From the human T2T-CHM13v2.0 reference genome, Homo sapiens, in assembly GCF_009914755.1 (NCBI RefSeq), contig NC_060935.1: a stretch of 64,000 nt of DNA; one strand, 5' to 3'. Shown here in pieces: positions 43,243 to 55,400 of the stretch. Positions within the stretch are counted from its first letter, which is position 1. Each line of letters begins with the position of its first letter. Position numbers and translations under genes: made by a program. The notes under the pieces are model-generated. The model saw only the letters and a program-made list of their open reading frames with translations, did not search any database and was not told the origin of the DNA.

Positions 43243-44375
43243 GATGTTTCAATATCACTAGTCATTAGGGAACCACAAATGAAAACCACAACGAGGTACA
43301 ACTTCACACCCATTAGGATATCGCTGATGAAATAAAAAAGGAAAATAAATATTGGTGAGGATGTGGAGAAACTGAAACCCTTGTGCGTTGCTGGTGGGAA
43401 TGTAAAGTGATGCAACCACAGTGGAAAGAGTTTGGGGGTTTCTCAAAAAGCTAAACAGGCTGGGCTCAGTGGTTCCTGCCTATAGTCCTAGCACTCTGGG
43501 AGGCTGAAGCTGGAGGATTGCTTAAGCCCAAGAGTTCATGACCAGCCTGGGCAATACAGAAAAATCTCATCTCTACAAAAAAATTTTTTTAAAATTATCC
43601 AGGCGCAGAGGTGCACACCTGTAGTCCCATCTACTCAGGGGGCTGAAGTGAGAAGATTGCCTTGAACCCAAAAATTCAAGGCTACAGTGAGCTATGATTG
43701 CACCACCGCACTCCAGCCTGCACAGCAGAGCAAGACTCAGTGTCTAAACGAAACAAAATAAAACAGAACAACATTAAACATACTAAATCAGTCAGTGAAT
43801 TGGAAAAAAATAAGCTAAACATGGAATTACCATATGACTCAGCAATTCTACTCCTGGGTATATATTCAACAGAATGGAAAGCAGGGCCTCAAACAGGTAT
43901 TTATACATGAATGTTCATAGCAGCATTATTCACAATAGTGAAGGTAGAAACAACCCAAGTGTCCATCATCAACAAATAGATAAACACAATGAGGTCTATG
44001 CATAAATGGGTATTACTCAGTTTTAAAAGGGAAGGCAATTCTGACACATGCTGCAGCATGGATGAACTTTGAAACCATTATGCTAAGTGAAATGAGCCAG
44101 ACACCAAAGGACCGATAAGGTATGATTCCACTTTCACGAAGTACCTAGGGTAGGCAAATTCATGGAGAGGCTATCAGGGGCTTGTGGGAGGAGGGAAACA
44201 GGGAGTGATTTAATGGTCACAGAGTTTCTGTTTGGGATGCTGAGAAAGTTCTGGAAATGAATGGCAGTGATAGTTACATAATATTGTGAACATACTCAAT
44301 GTCACTTAATGGTACACTTAGAAATGGTTAAAAGGGTGAATTTTATTTCATGCGTATTTTACTAGAATAGACAAA
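43243..44375 (+). mobile_element. L1MB-type 3' end (ORF2 tail + 3'UTR), split by an AluJ
   Basis: aaaaccacaacgaggtacaacttcacaccc, ttaccatatgactcagcaattctactcctgggtatat, atgctaagtgaaatgagccagaca, aaatggttaaaagggtgaatttt. Confidence 0.9.
43458..43775 (+). mobile_element. AluJ-like nested in L1MB
   Basis: ggctgggctcagtgg...gcttaagcccaagagttc; TSD aagctaaaca. Confidence 0.92.
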
Positions 44376-45182
44376 TGAAAATTAACAAAAGAGATAATCA
44401 GCTGTCTGTGGTGTAGGAAGGAGGCAGGTAAATGTGTAAGCTTGGTGGCAGGAAGTTAAAGGAGTTCGCATTTGCTGGCTTTTATTTGCCCTGAGTATAT
44501 TGCAGGGAAAATAGTGTGTGTTTGCACACACCTATGTCCAGGTCCACATGTTTGTGTCCATATACCTGCAGCCTGGTTTTTCCAAGAGAGCAAAAAGGAC
44601 TAAGCTAGTTGCTTGTGTAATGGGAGAGACAGCTGATGAGTGAACCAGAGAATCCTGTGCAGTATTAATCACTTTTCCCTCATGCCACTGTCTTTTCTCT
44701 GGACTTTAACTAAAAATATAATCTACCCCAGTCTTCTTTCTTTATCCCTTTTTTTGATTCTGCTCCTACCATTTAGGGCCATCTCCCAAACATATCCAGA
44801 GCTCACCACTTACTCCTTTCTTGCATTGCCTTTTTAAGGAATTAAAAAGATATGTTTTTATCTTTACAAATTACAAAGCTTATTATATCAAATACATTTC
44901 TTAATCTCCACATCAATCAGAATATCCTTTCTCAGCCCAGTCTATCATTAACTTTAGGGGCTGAGTTTTTTCCCCGAGCCCTTATTTTCACCATCTTTCA
45001 AATAGGATATTTGAATTTCCTTGGAAGATAGTTTTCACATTTAACTGAATTAACTGTGTGAAAACTTTCGGCACTCAATTCATATTGCAAAATTAAAAGC
45101 CAATGTTTTTGAAGCTCACTGACAGCACAGGTACTCGTGACTGGACCTCCCTATCAAAGTCATCTGCTTCCCTTTCTTGGAG

Positions 45183-45219
45183 CTCTCTCTCTCTCTCTCT
45201 CTCCCTCTCTCTCTCACTC
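45183..45219. repeat. (CT)n microsatellite
   Basis: ctctctctctctctctctctccctctctctctcactct. Confidence 0.85.
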
Positions 45220-45443
45220 TGTCCCCAGCACTCCCCTCTTCACTCTGCTCCATCGCCCCACCAAACACTGAACACTGGTGCCCTTGCACAGCTCCATACC
45301 TTTGCAGGAGCTGCTCTCTAACGGGAATGTTCTTCCTGCAGGATCAGGACAGTGGAACACTGTACATTCCCATCTTAGTTATGAGTGATGATGGAGTAAA
45401 TAAGACCAGGAAAAGAATTTAAGAGGCTGAGAAAGGAGAACAA

Positions 45444-45670
45444 CAATAGCAGAAGAGGGTGCCTTTAGTTAACAACAAAGTATTATATATTTCAAAACAG
45501 CTAGAAGGCTTGAAATGTTTCTCCCACGTAGGACCATTGTTTGAGGTGATGGATATCCCTAGCACCTTGATTTGGCCATTACACATTCTATGCATGTAGC
45601 AAAATATCACAGGTACCCCATAAATACACACAAATATTATGTATCAATAAAAACATTTGTAAAAAGAAAA
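45444..45670 (+). mobile_element. L1MA-type 3' end, short 5'-truncated insertion
   Basis: gtttgaggtgatggatatcc...accccataaatacacacaaatattatgtatcaataaaa; flanking repeat aaaggagaacaa. Confidence 0.85.
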
Positions 45671-45829
45671 TACATCTGAAACCCACTCCCCCCTTAAAAA
45701 AAAAGGAGAACAAAAGTTTGTCAAGACTGACTCCAACCCATCATTTTTATAATTAGCCTTCTGGGGACCCCGGTTTCTAATCTGCCCTGGGAAAAGAGAA
45801 AGGAGTCTGTGACATCTAGCATCATTAGA

Positions 45830-45945
45830 CCAGGACTCTCCAAGCGTGGTCTCCAAATCAGAAAGTATGGGGCCAGACCCCAGCAATCTGTGTGTCAAGA
45901 AGCCCTTCAGGATATTCATCCTAAAATTTGAGAACCATTGATTTA
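45830..45945. mobile_element. MER5-type fragment
   Basis: ccccagcaatctgtgtgtcaagaagccct...aaatttgagaaccattg. Confidence 0.65.
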
Positions 45946-46189
45946 AAGGAGTGTGAAGACTGAATGTTGGGAGCTCTTTCTGGAAGGGCCACTCCCAGGG
46001 CTGGACATGTGGAAAAGGAAGCAGCAGCATGGACCCTGCCTCCTGGGAGGGGCCTCAGTGTCTCTCGAATACTCTCACCTTAGAAAAAAATCCTTTAAGC
46101 CACCGGGACAGAGGAGGCTTGGTGGTGTGTAAGCCGTATAAATATGTACATTCACTTATCTATGTAAGTACATATAGATTCCCTTTGGC

Positions 46190-46383
46190 TAGGGCTGCCA
46201 GATTTAGCAAATAAAAATCCAGGACACCAGATATATTTAAATTCCTGATCAACAAATGATTTTTATTATGCAGAGCACATACTAATACTAAAAGACATTT
46301 GGGTTTTGGGTTTTTTTTTTTTTTTTTGCAATTCAAATTTAATTGGGCATCTTTTTCTTGTTTTTAGCAGGCAGGATATCCTA
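46190..46383. mobile_element. MER53 palindromic MITE (degenerate)
   Basis: tagggctgccagatttagcaaataaaaatccaggacaccag...aattcaaatttaattgggcatc...cta. Confidence 0.8.
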
Positions 46384-46541
46384 CCTTTTGCCCGTAAGTA
46401 TTAGGTACTTAGTGGAAATAGCCTGATCAGAATCAGTGTCTAAAAGGTAGAAGTGGGTTTTAATGGCCTATTTATTTACATTTTAATAGGAATGTGTATG
46501 AGTTGGCAGGGAAGAAAAAGAATGCTGCTCTTTCTGGCTCA

Positions 46542-46979
<438 letters not shown>

Positions 46980-47905
46980 CTATATGCCAGCAAGTCCTCC
47001 CTCTAGTCAAGTAACTGAGCACCTATTATGGGCCAGGCCCTGATTCACATGACCCTGAGTGAGATGAGCAGCAACGCTCTAGGAGGTTGAGCTCCCTGCC
47101 TCGGGCCTGGCTCCTGGGCAGGTTCCCTGCAGCCACCCCTTACCTGCCCCAGGTGACAGGATGCCACCTCAGAGGGTGGGACCTTGATGCTGTGGCTGGG
47201 CAGTGAATGACAAGCTTCCTAATGAGATGGAGCTGGGGGAGCGGCTTGCTGACAGAACAATTTGCCGGTGCCCAGAATATCTGCCCAGCCTCGGCAAAGC
47301 GGCAGCCTGGCGGGCGGCAGAAGAAATTTCAGGATTTATCATTCGCCTTGGTGGCAGGTGTGCCGTGAGCCGCCCTACTTCCCGCTGTGCTTCTCTAGAC
47401 CTGCAGACTGGATGGGCAATCCACCCAGGCTTCTAGAGCCTCGGGAAGAACGTGTAAAACTATTTCCTATTTTTTCCTCCTCCTGATCAGCTTGTGTTGA
47501 TGTAAATGACTGGAAAAGCAGTTTTCGGCTTATTTTCACAGCTTAAGGGCTTCGTGAGAAGCTTATTATTGAAAAATTAGAAACTGAAAACAACTTCTTA
47601 GACAATGAAATAGCAACCCAGAGACTGTGTGTGTAAGGCTGGGTGTGCTGTAACTGGCTGCGTTACAAATAGGAACTCCCCTGGGATTCAGTAATCAAAC
47701 ACGTGGCAACAGGTTGTCTGTTTCAACAGAGAGTGAGTAATCAAAGGAGATTTGCAGTTAATCCAAATATAACAGCAAAGCATCCAAGGGAAGCCCGGGG
47801 AAAGGAGACCAGAAGGGTGAGGGGTGGATGAGGCCACTGGTTTGGAGTTCCAGATGCAACAGAGAGAACTGGGAGAGGGGCAGAAGGTTGATCTCTCTGG
47901 GTGCT

Positions 47906-48303
47906 TGTGTTGGTCCATTTGCATTGCTATGAAGGAATACCTGAGACTGGGCAATGTACAAAGAAAAGAGGTTTATTTGGCTCATGGTTCTGCAGGCTGT
48001 ATTAGTGTGGCACAAGCACCTGCTCAGTTTTGGGTGAGGCCTCAGGAAGCTTTTAGTCATGGCCAAAGAGAAGGGGCGCTTTCATGTCACATGGTAAAAG
48101 AGGGAGTAAGAAAGAGAGGAGAGGGAGGTGCCACGGTCTTTTAAACAACCAACTTTCGAGTGAATGAGAATCCATTACTTTGAGGAGGGGACCAAGCCAT
48201 TCATGAGGGATCTGCCCCCACGACCCGAACACCTCCCACCAGGCCTCACCTCCAATACTGGAAATCACGTTTCAATATGAGATTTGGAGGGAACAGACTA
48301 TCA
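47906..48303 (-). mobile_element. MaLR solo LTR, MSTB-like
   Basis: tgtgttggtccatttgcattgctatgaaggaatacctgagactggg...atgagatttggaggg...tca. Confidence 0.88.
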
Positions 48304-48606
48304 GCAATGGAGGAACAAGCTGCACAGAGGAAGGGGAAACTGAGTCTTGGCTACACATTGAAGCAAACCAGAAAAATAACCTGAGCACTTGGCCCCTACA
48401 CTTGACCAGTGATGTAAAATTTGGGAGGAATTAATTAGCATTCAGTGATTTACTTCAAAATCCTGAGTCCTACACAGGATTGAGGTCGGGGTGGAGAAGG
48501 ACTTGCTCCAACTCGATGGGCTAGAAAGAAGAAAGTGGTGCAGGCCTGGGAAACAGTGGTAACCATCAGCATTTCAGGGAGACACTTCAGTTTGCATGTG
48601 TATCTC

Positions 48607-48795
48607 CATGGTTCTCAAAGTGTGGTCCCTGGCTGGCAGCATCAGGGTCCCCTGGCACTTGTTAGCAATATGAATTCTCAAGCCCCACCCCCAGAGAGCC
48701 CTCTGACTCTGGACCTCTGAGAGGAGGCCCAGCCATCTGTGGATCAAGAAGCCCTCTGCATGATTTTGTTGCATACTTCAGTTTGAGAACCACCA
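48607..48795. mobile_element. MER5A
   Basis: TIR-like ends ggttctcaaagtgtggtccc...agtttgagaaccac. Confidence 0.85.
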
Positions 48796-48974
48796 GCAGA
48801 CCTGGTTACCTGGCCAGAGGTACCAGGAGGTGCTCACTCAGGGTTCGTATGTGGGCTTGTGTGTGAACTACTACGCCCAGTCCCAGGTGAGGTCCTGGAG
48901 CAATTCTGTGCTGACCCATCTGTCCTGATCTTCCTAACCACACGGGGCTGCGGGGAAAGGCACACTTACTACAC

Positions 48975-49120
48975 GTGTGCTACTACCATGTGCCAGGCAC
49001 TGCTAAATGTTTTATGTGTGATATTTTATTTAATCTTTCCCTGAACCTTGTGAGGTAGGGGTTGTAGATAGCATTTTAGTGCTGAGAATATTTGAGTTCA
49101 GAAAGGCCAACTTGCCCAGG
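48975..49120 (-). mobile_element. MIR
   Basis: atgtgccaggcactgctaaatgtttta...tttaatctt...gtgaggtagg. Confidence 0.65.
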
Positions 49121-50122
49121 TCTCTATGTTTCCTGAGTCTGTACCCTTATTCATTCTCACGCAGCCTCTCCGCCACGTACTTCTCTGTCCCCACATGCTT
49201 TGGGTGCCACCTACACAAAGCAACTACCAGCCTGGCAGGGCCCCAGCTCTCCACTGCCAAGCTTGGCCCTCCCCGCCCCACTCCTTGCCTCATGTTAATT
49301 TCCCACCTGAGTACTGAGTACTTTATAAATAGCAAATCTAAAATGAATTTTCTACCAGCGATCATTAGCTCCCTTGACATCCATTAAACATTCTCGCAAG
49401 CAGAGCGAAGTGACAAAAGGGATTGATTTTTACAGTATGTTTAATAGGGGAAAAGAAAGAAAGGTGTTGACAAGTCTTTTTTTTTTTTTTTCTGTCCTGA
49501 TATCACCAGGAATTTGAAATCAGTCAAATGACTTTTATCTGGGAAAAAAAAAAAAAAAAAAAAGAAAAGAAAAGAAGAAGGCTAGGATTGGGTGCGGGAG
49601 GAGAGGGTCGGGAGACAGAAACAGGCTCCCAGCACCCTGTGCGGCTTATTTCTACACCCGTGACAGGTAAACATAAAGTTAGTTACCTAGTGCCAGCCAC
49701 CAAGATGAATATGTCAGATTTAATGCTTCAAAATATATAGGGTCCAAGCCAGGGAGGGAGTAGCGGGGAGTGGAGGAGGAAAGAAGGCTGTATTAAGGGA
49801 GAGGGAAAATAACCAATCTTCTGCTGAAACTATTGGAAGAATAAATGTGTTGATGCAATAGTTGAAGTCAGAGAAGGCTGGCATATGAGGCACTGTAGCT
49901 GAAAATTTAACTTTGATTTCAATTTTCATATTTGTCAGCGATAATTAGATTCAAGAAATGTTTTGCCACTGCTCTAAAATACTAATAAGTAGAGGCCTTT
50001 GTAGTTTGGTTAATGGAGTCTTTTTTCCTAGTGGTCTAGGAAAATTCCATTAAAGCAAAAAGTCATACTATATTACAGTGTTTCAATACGCATTGACTCT
50101 GCTGCCGCGGTGATATCATCCC

Positions 50123-50359
50123 AGGGATGGGAGTCCTGTGTGCAACCACAGAGCCCCTGAAGGGATGGGAGTCCTGTGTGCAACCACAGAGCCCCTGAAG
50201 GGATGGGAGTCCTGTGTGCAACCACAGAGCCCCTGAAGGGATGGGAGTCCTGTGTGCAACCACAGAGCCCCTGAAGGGATGGGAGTCCTGTGTGCAACCA
50301 TAGAGCCCCTGAAGGGATGGGAGTCCTCTGTGCAACCACAGAGCCCCTGAAGGGATGGG
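50123..50359. repeat. Minisatellite/VNTR, 38-bp unit x 6.2
   Basis: Unit agggatgggagtcctgtgtgcaaccacagagcccctga starting at 50123, 50161, 50199, 50237, 50275, 50313 and (partial) 50351. Copies 5 and 6 each carry one substitution. Confidence 0.98.
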
Positions 50360-52714
50360 GTTGGGCTTCATAGGCCTTAGCTGTCTATCATTTCAGACCT
50401 GCACAGACCTCCCTGGCTCATGGGTGAGGGTAGGGGAGAGAGAAGAGCAAATTCAATAAAGCCTCGCCTTGAGAAGGATGTGTTTTATAAGCTTCGCCTC
50501 CTGGAGCAGGTTGAAGAGAGGGCAGGAGGAGTTGATGGGCACCTGCCTGAGGAGAGGAAGCACTTTCCCTGCTCTCCCCAGTCTGGACGCCTGTTGCCTG
50601 TTCCTTTAATGAAGAAGCTCCACCCAGTGGCAGAATCTACATGCACTCCTCCTCCCAAGCCTCAGCCTGCTCTGAAAGTCTGGAAGGTTGCTTTCTCTTG
50701 AGATCAGAATTTGATTAAGAGAACCAAGGTCTATTATTTTTGACTGGCTTTTCCCTGGAGTGCCTGTGCATCTCTGATATCCCAGGTAACTCCCTGCAGG
50801 GCAATATGGGGTGGATTGGGCTTCACCTGCTTTAATGTAGAGGTAAGTGAAGGGTTAAGTGTATTGTGCCCACACACTCCAGAGAGTCCCTGTGGATGAG
50901 GGAAGGCCTAGGGCATCCTCATCTCCCTTCTACCCTACTTTCCACACCACTCCCCTGCCGTCAGGGATTAATAATCACATGCTGGGCTTATTCAGACGGG
51001 CTCTCTCTGTCTGGAACGCCCTCTCGTAAGCAGACTGCTGCTGCAGCCACCTGTTAGCCCATCTCCCTGAGCCCAGGGACCTCACGGACCCTGCTCTCAA
51101 TTGTCCTTCCCAAAACTCTGAAGTGGATCCCCAGACTGGGATGCCAGTCCTTGCCAAAAGAAAGCCCCATGGGCCTGTGTGATCTCACCCACCTCCCCAC
51201 ACATGGGCTCCTTCATGTCAAATTGTGCTCTTCTTGACATAGTAGTAGAGAGACTTGGAATTTACTAATCCTAAACCACAAATGGGAAGTGATGGAGGAA
51301 TGGACAGATGGCAGGTAAGGGGAGGAGGGTCCCACCAGGATTGCCACCTAGGCCTGGATAAAGATGACTTGCAGAAGCCACACGAAGCAAAAGGGAGATC
51401 ACGCCCATTCCATTAGTGCAGGGCAGCAGCAACCGCCCATCCTTCCCTGTGCCCATCCTGGGTGCTTCTTTCCTGGCCCCGTGCCCTCCTCCTACTGCCC
51501 CCACCACCACCTCCCAGGGTGAACAGAGAGGGAGGGCCTGTACTTCTTCCCAACAGCGCAAAGACCTACCTTTGGCCCATGCCTCTCTCTCTCCGCCCCT
51601 CCTTCCTTCCCTCTTTCCCCACCAATCGCTGCCTAGCTGCAGCTTCACTTTTCTCTAGTGGCATGTGCCAGATCTTATCCCTGTGAAGCACTTGAGGATG
51701 AAAGAAGGAAGGGGATATTAAATCCACCAGTGATACGTGCAATTGGGAGAGGCTTTTGTTGTGTCATTTCCTACCTCCTTCAGCCTATTAAGCAAACAAA
51801 AGTGCTTGTGGAATGAGAAATGTAAATGGCCAATGCAAGCCGATTAATCCTAGATGTACAATTCCATTAATAAGGCCGCTTTTTAATAGGCGGCTCTGGC
51901 AGCAACAGCAGGCAGGCCAGGAATTGATGTATTCTCTGTAATTGTATTGCAACTAATAGGATATGAAGAAAATTGTACCGGAGAAGCAGGTCTTTCAACA
52001 CGATTTTCCAATCAGCTGAAATAATGACTTGCAGGGGAAAGCCTTGAAAAGGAATGACACACACAAAAATACAACATCGTCCAGAAGTGTCCATGATTCC
52101 CAGTCCCAGCTTGAAGCTTCTTTCTTTCTTTTTCCCCTGGCTTCCCTCATTTCTCTCTCTACTCCACTCTCGTTCTTCATCTCTTCTTCCCCATAGGTAA
52201 TGCCAAGACCCAGAAGAGTCTGGTCACCTGTGGAGGGCCTCCCAGGGAGATTCCCCACCCCTGCCCCCCAGCCTTTTGCCTGTCTAGGCCCCCTCACTGG
52301 CTGAGATTGCTTGGTCCACCTTTTGAGAAGTCAGAGCGAGAAGGAGAGAGGCTGGGTGCTCTATGGAGAGAAGACTGAGTAGGGACTCAGTGTCGGCCCT
52401 TCTACTAATGCTAGTTGTTGAGTGACTTTGGAGCCATGCCTTCACCTCTCTGGATTCTTATCTGAACGAACCTTCCAGCCCCAGAATGCAGCAGCTCTGA
52501 GTGCATTTTCAAAGATCAGGCTAGGAGAAAAGCTGGCATCCTTTCACTTCAGGACCAACGAAGGCTATCTAAGAAGAAGAGCCCTTTTCTAAAGGGGTGT
52601 CCTCATTATCTGAACGTCCATCTACTGAGAGGCCCTGCAGAACTCAGGCATCTCAGCGTCGAGCTCAGCTTTGGAAATCAGGCCTGTGTGCATACTTAAT
52701 CATGGATAAGTTGG

Positions 52715-52860
52715 TCAATTCACTCCTTCCTTCAACAAATATTTGCGGGGTGTCAATGGTGCACTAAGGCACTGTTCTAGGTTCTGGGAATGAAACAGTA
52801 AATAAAGCAGGTGAAACAGAAATCAATCCTTGCCCTCATGGTGCTTGCAGTCTATCCAGT
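52715..52860 (-). mobile_element. L2 3' fragment
   Basis: ttcaacaaatatttg...aggcactgttctaggttctggg...tgccctcatggtgcttgcagtcta. Confidence 0.75.
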
Positions 52861-54446
52861 CAGCAACACTTTTGGTGAGCCTAACAGCTGGGGTGTTAGG
52901 TACGGGACCTTTCTCTGAGACTACTTAGGGATGGGAACTAAAAGCCCCTCTGCTGTTGTTTACTTGGCCAAGGTGGCAGTGGGAGCCAGGCTGCCTTCAC
53001 ATGACCCCTGCCAGCACCTCTCAGTCCTGCTCTCAGCCTCTCCTGGTCACTGGGTCTCTGTCCTGCCCATTTGTGTGTGGACTCTGACCCTTCCTTGGTC
53101 ACAGGCTGGAGAGTAGATATAAAAAGAAAAGGCAAAGCACATTTCAGTTGAAGTCCCCAAGGAAACTGATATGATTGCTGAACAGAAATGGTTCCAATAA
53201 GGGCAGAGAGGAATATTGCTTTTATAGCTTTTGAGACATAAAACATTTAGAAAATGTGATTGACTGGCAGGGTCTAATTTATCATTTATCTCATTCCCTC
53301 TGCTCTCACACTCTGTCTTGCTCCCCACAACACCCAGGCAGACACTCATGTGCAAACTTTTTTCTCTCTTTTTTCTTTCCTTTCTTCTTCTCTTTCTGAG
53401 ACTTGGATTTATCATCATTCCATTAAGCAGGAGAACTCCTGTGGCTATTTATAATTAATGCTCAGAAACCTGCCAATCCATTTAATGACACTAACAGGTC
53501 ATGGCCCCCTTATAGCTCTCCATTAATCATCATTAGAACCGCTCTGAGTTTTTACATTCTTTTTAAATGTTAATTCACCTCTGTAATGCTCCTTTTAGTT
53601 AAAACTGTGAAGGGAGAAGTGGCTGGTGTCTCCATGCTGCCTGCCTGGGAATGGCGTGGTGGGGTTGATGAAGTCTGGCTGATTTCCTCTGTTCTTTTTC
53701 TCCTCTGACCCCTGTCCCTGCTACCAGATGTCAACCCAGTTTATTCTTTGGTTGTCTAGATTTATCTTCTAAAAAACACCCAGTGGCTTAAAGTTCTGGG
53801 CAAATAAAGATATTTGAATACCTTTGGCCTCCCAAGGCTCAAGCAACAACCTGTGAGAAGTTCTTGGCTTACCCACTAAGACCCAGGGTCCTGACGTGGC
53901 AGTGCAGCTCCTAGAGGTGAGGGGGCAGAAAGGGTTCTGGAGGTGAGCAGGGCCTAGAACTGTTCATGCAATGTCCCAGCACTCAAGGGCAGGCTCCAGA
54001 AAAGCAGGTAAAAAGCAGTCAGGTAAAGAATTATCTTTCTTTCTATCAAGAGAGCTGACCACTTGCTTCATTTTTGCTACTGATGGGCAATGAGACTGGG
54101 CAAAACATTCAACCTCCTTCCTCACCTACAAAACGGGGTCCATATCTGTCATTTCCAAGGATAAGGGTTAAATCTATAAAATATTAACTGGCATTGAAAT
54201 CATCCTGGACTTTTAAAACCGATCTCAGTGCCAGGCGTAGTATCAGTGTCATTTCTTGAGCTTCTCTGCCACTTTCCTACGCACAGCTTGACCTCCTGCT
54301 CTGCAGCCTTCATCCCCGTGGATGTGTACACCTTCACACCTCTCGGTCTGTTGCTTTTAGATCATATTTCACCAGCCATAAAAGTATATTTTGAATCATT
54401 AAAACAAATATGGTGAAAGAAGTTAAATTAAGAATGGGTAACACAT

Positions 54447-54810
<364 letters not shown>

Positions 54811-55279
54811 TCACCTCTCTGGGCCTCATTTCCCTTACTTCTGGACTCTATATTTTTAAGACGCCATGATCTAGTAAATCCTGTGATTTTATTGCTTTCC
54901 TGTGAGTCTTCCCAAGGGGCTAAGACAGTCACTCAGGAATAACTGGGAAAAAGTGGTCCTGTTTTGACCATCTGAGCTCTTAATTTTTCTTGTCTTGTCA
55001 AGTGACATGCCCCAGAGTTGAGTGCTCTAACAAAAGCAAACACAAATATATGAGGAAAATAGACAAAACATTTTTAATTCATTTTTGACTCACTGTCTCA
55101 TTTTTCTAGGCATAATCCATCTTCATGTTAGGCCTTTGGAACCATACACTTGAATTTACTTTCAAGGCTGCCTGAAATCTACATGTTCAGCTGAGAGGAT
55201 CCCTCAGGGCCAACTAGATAGCAGATGCCTCATCAATTTTATCATTTTACCTTTTTAAGTACTCCTTCAGAATAGCTTA

Positions 55280-55400
55280 ACCTCATTTTATACAGGGGTA
55301 AACTGAGGCTTTAAGAGGTAATGTGGCTAGTCCAAGGCTGATGTATTTTGTAGTTTTCAAGGTCATGAGTCAAGCCTAGCTCTCCTGAATTGAAGCCCAG
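55280..55400 (-). mobile_element. MIR
   Basis: cctcattttatacaggggtaaactgaggctttaagaggtaatgtggctagtccaagg. Confidence 0.65.

Noticed and set aside
46190-46383. MER53 hairpin as a possible miR-1302-type precursor (also the MADE2 hairpin at 57832-57914)
   Set aside because: Arms are degraded and interrupted (poly-T in MER53), so a stable precursor cannot be supported without folding and small-RNA data.
50063-50371. Three overlapping minus-strand ORFs
   Set aside because: They are translations of the 38-bp VNTR.
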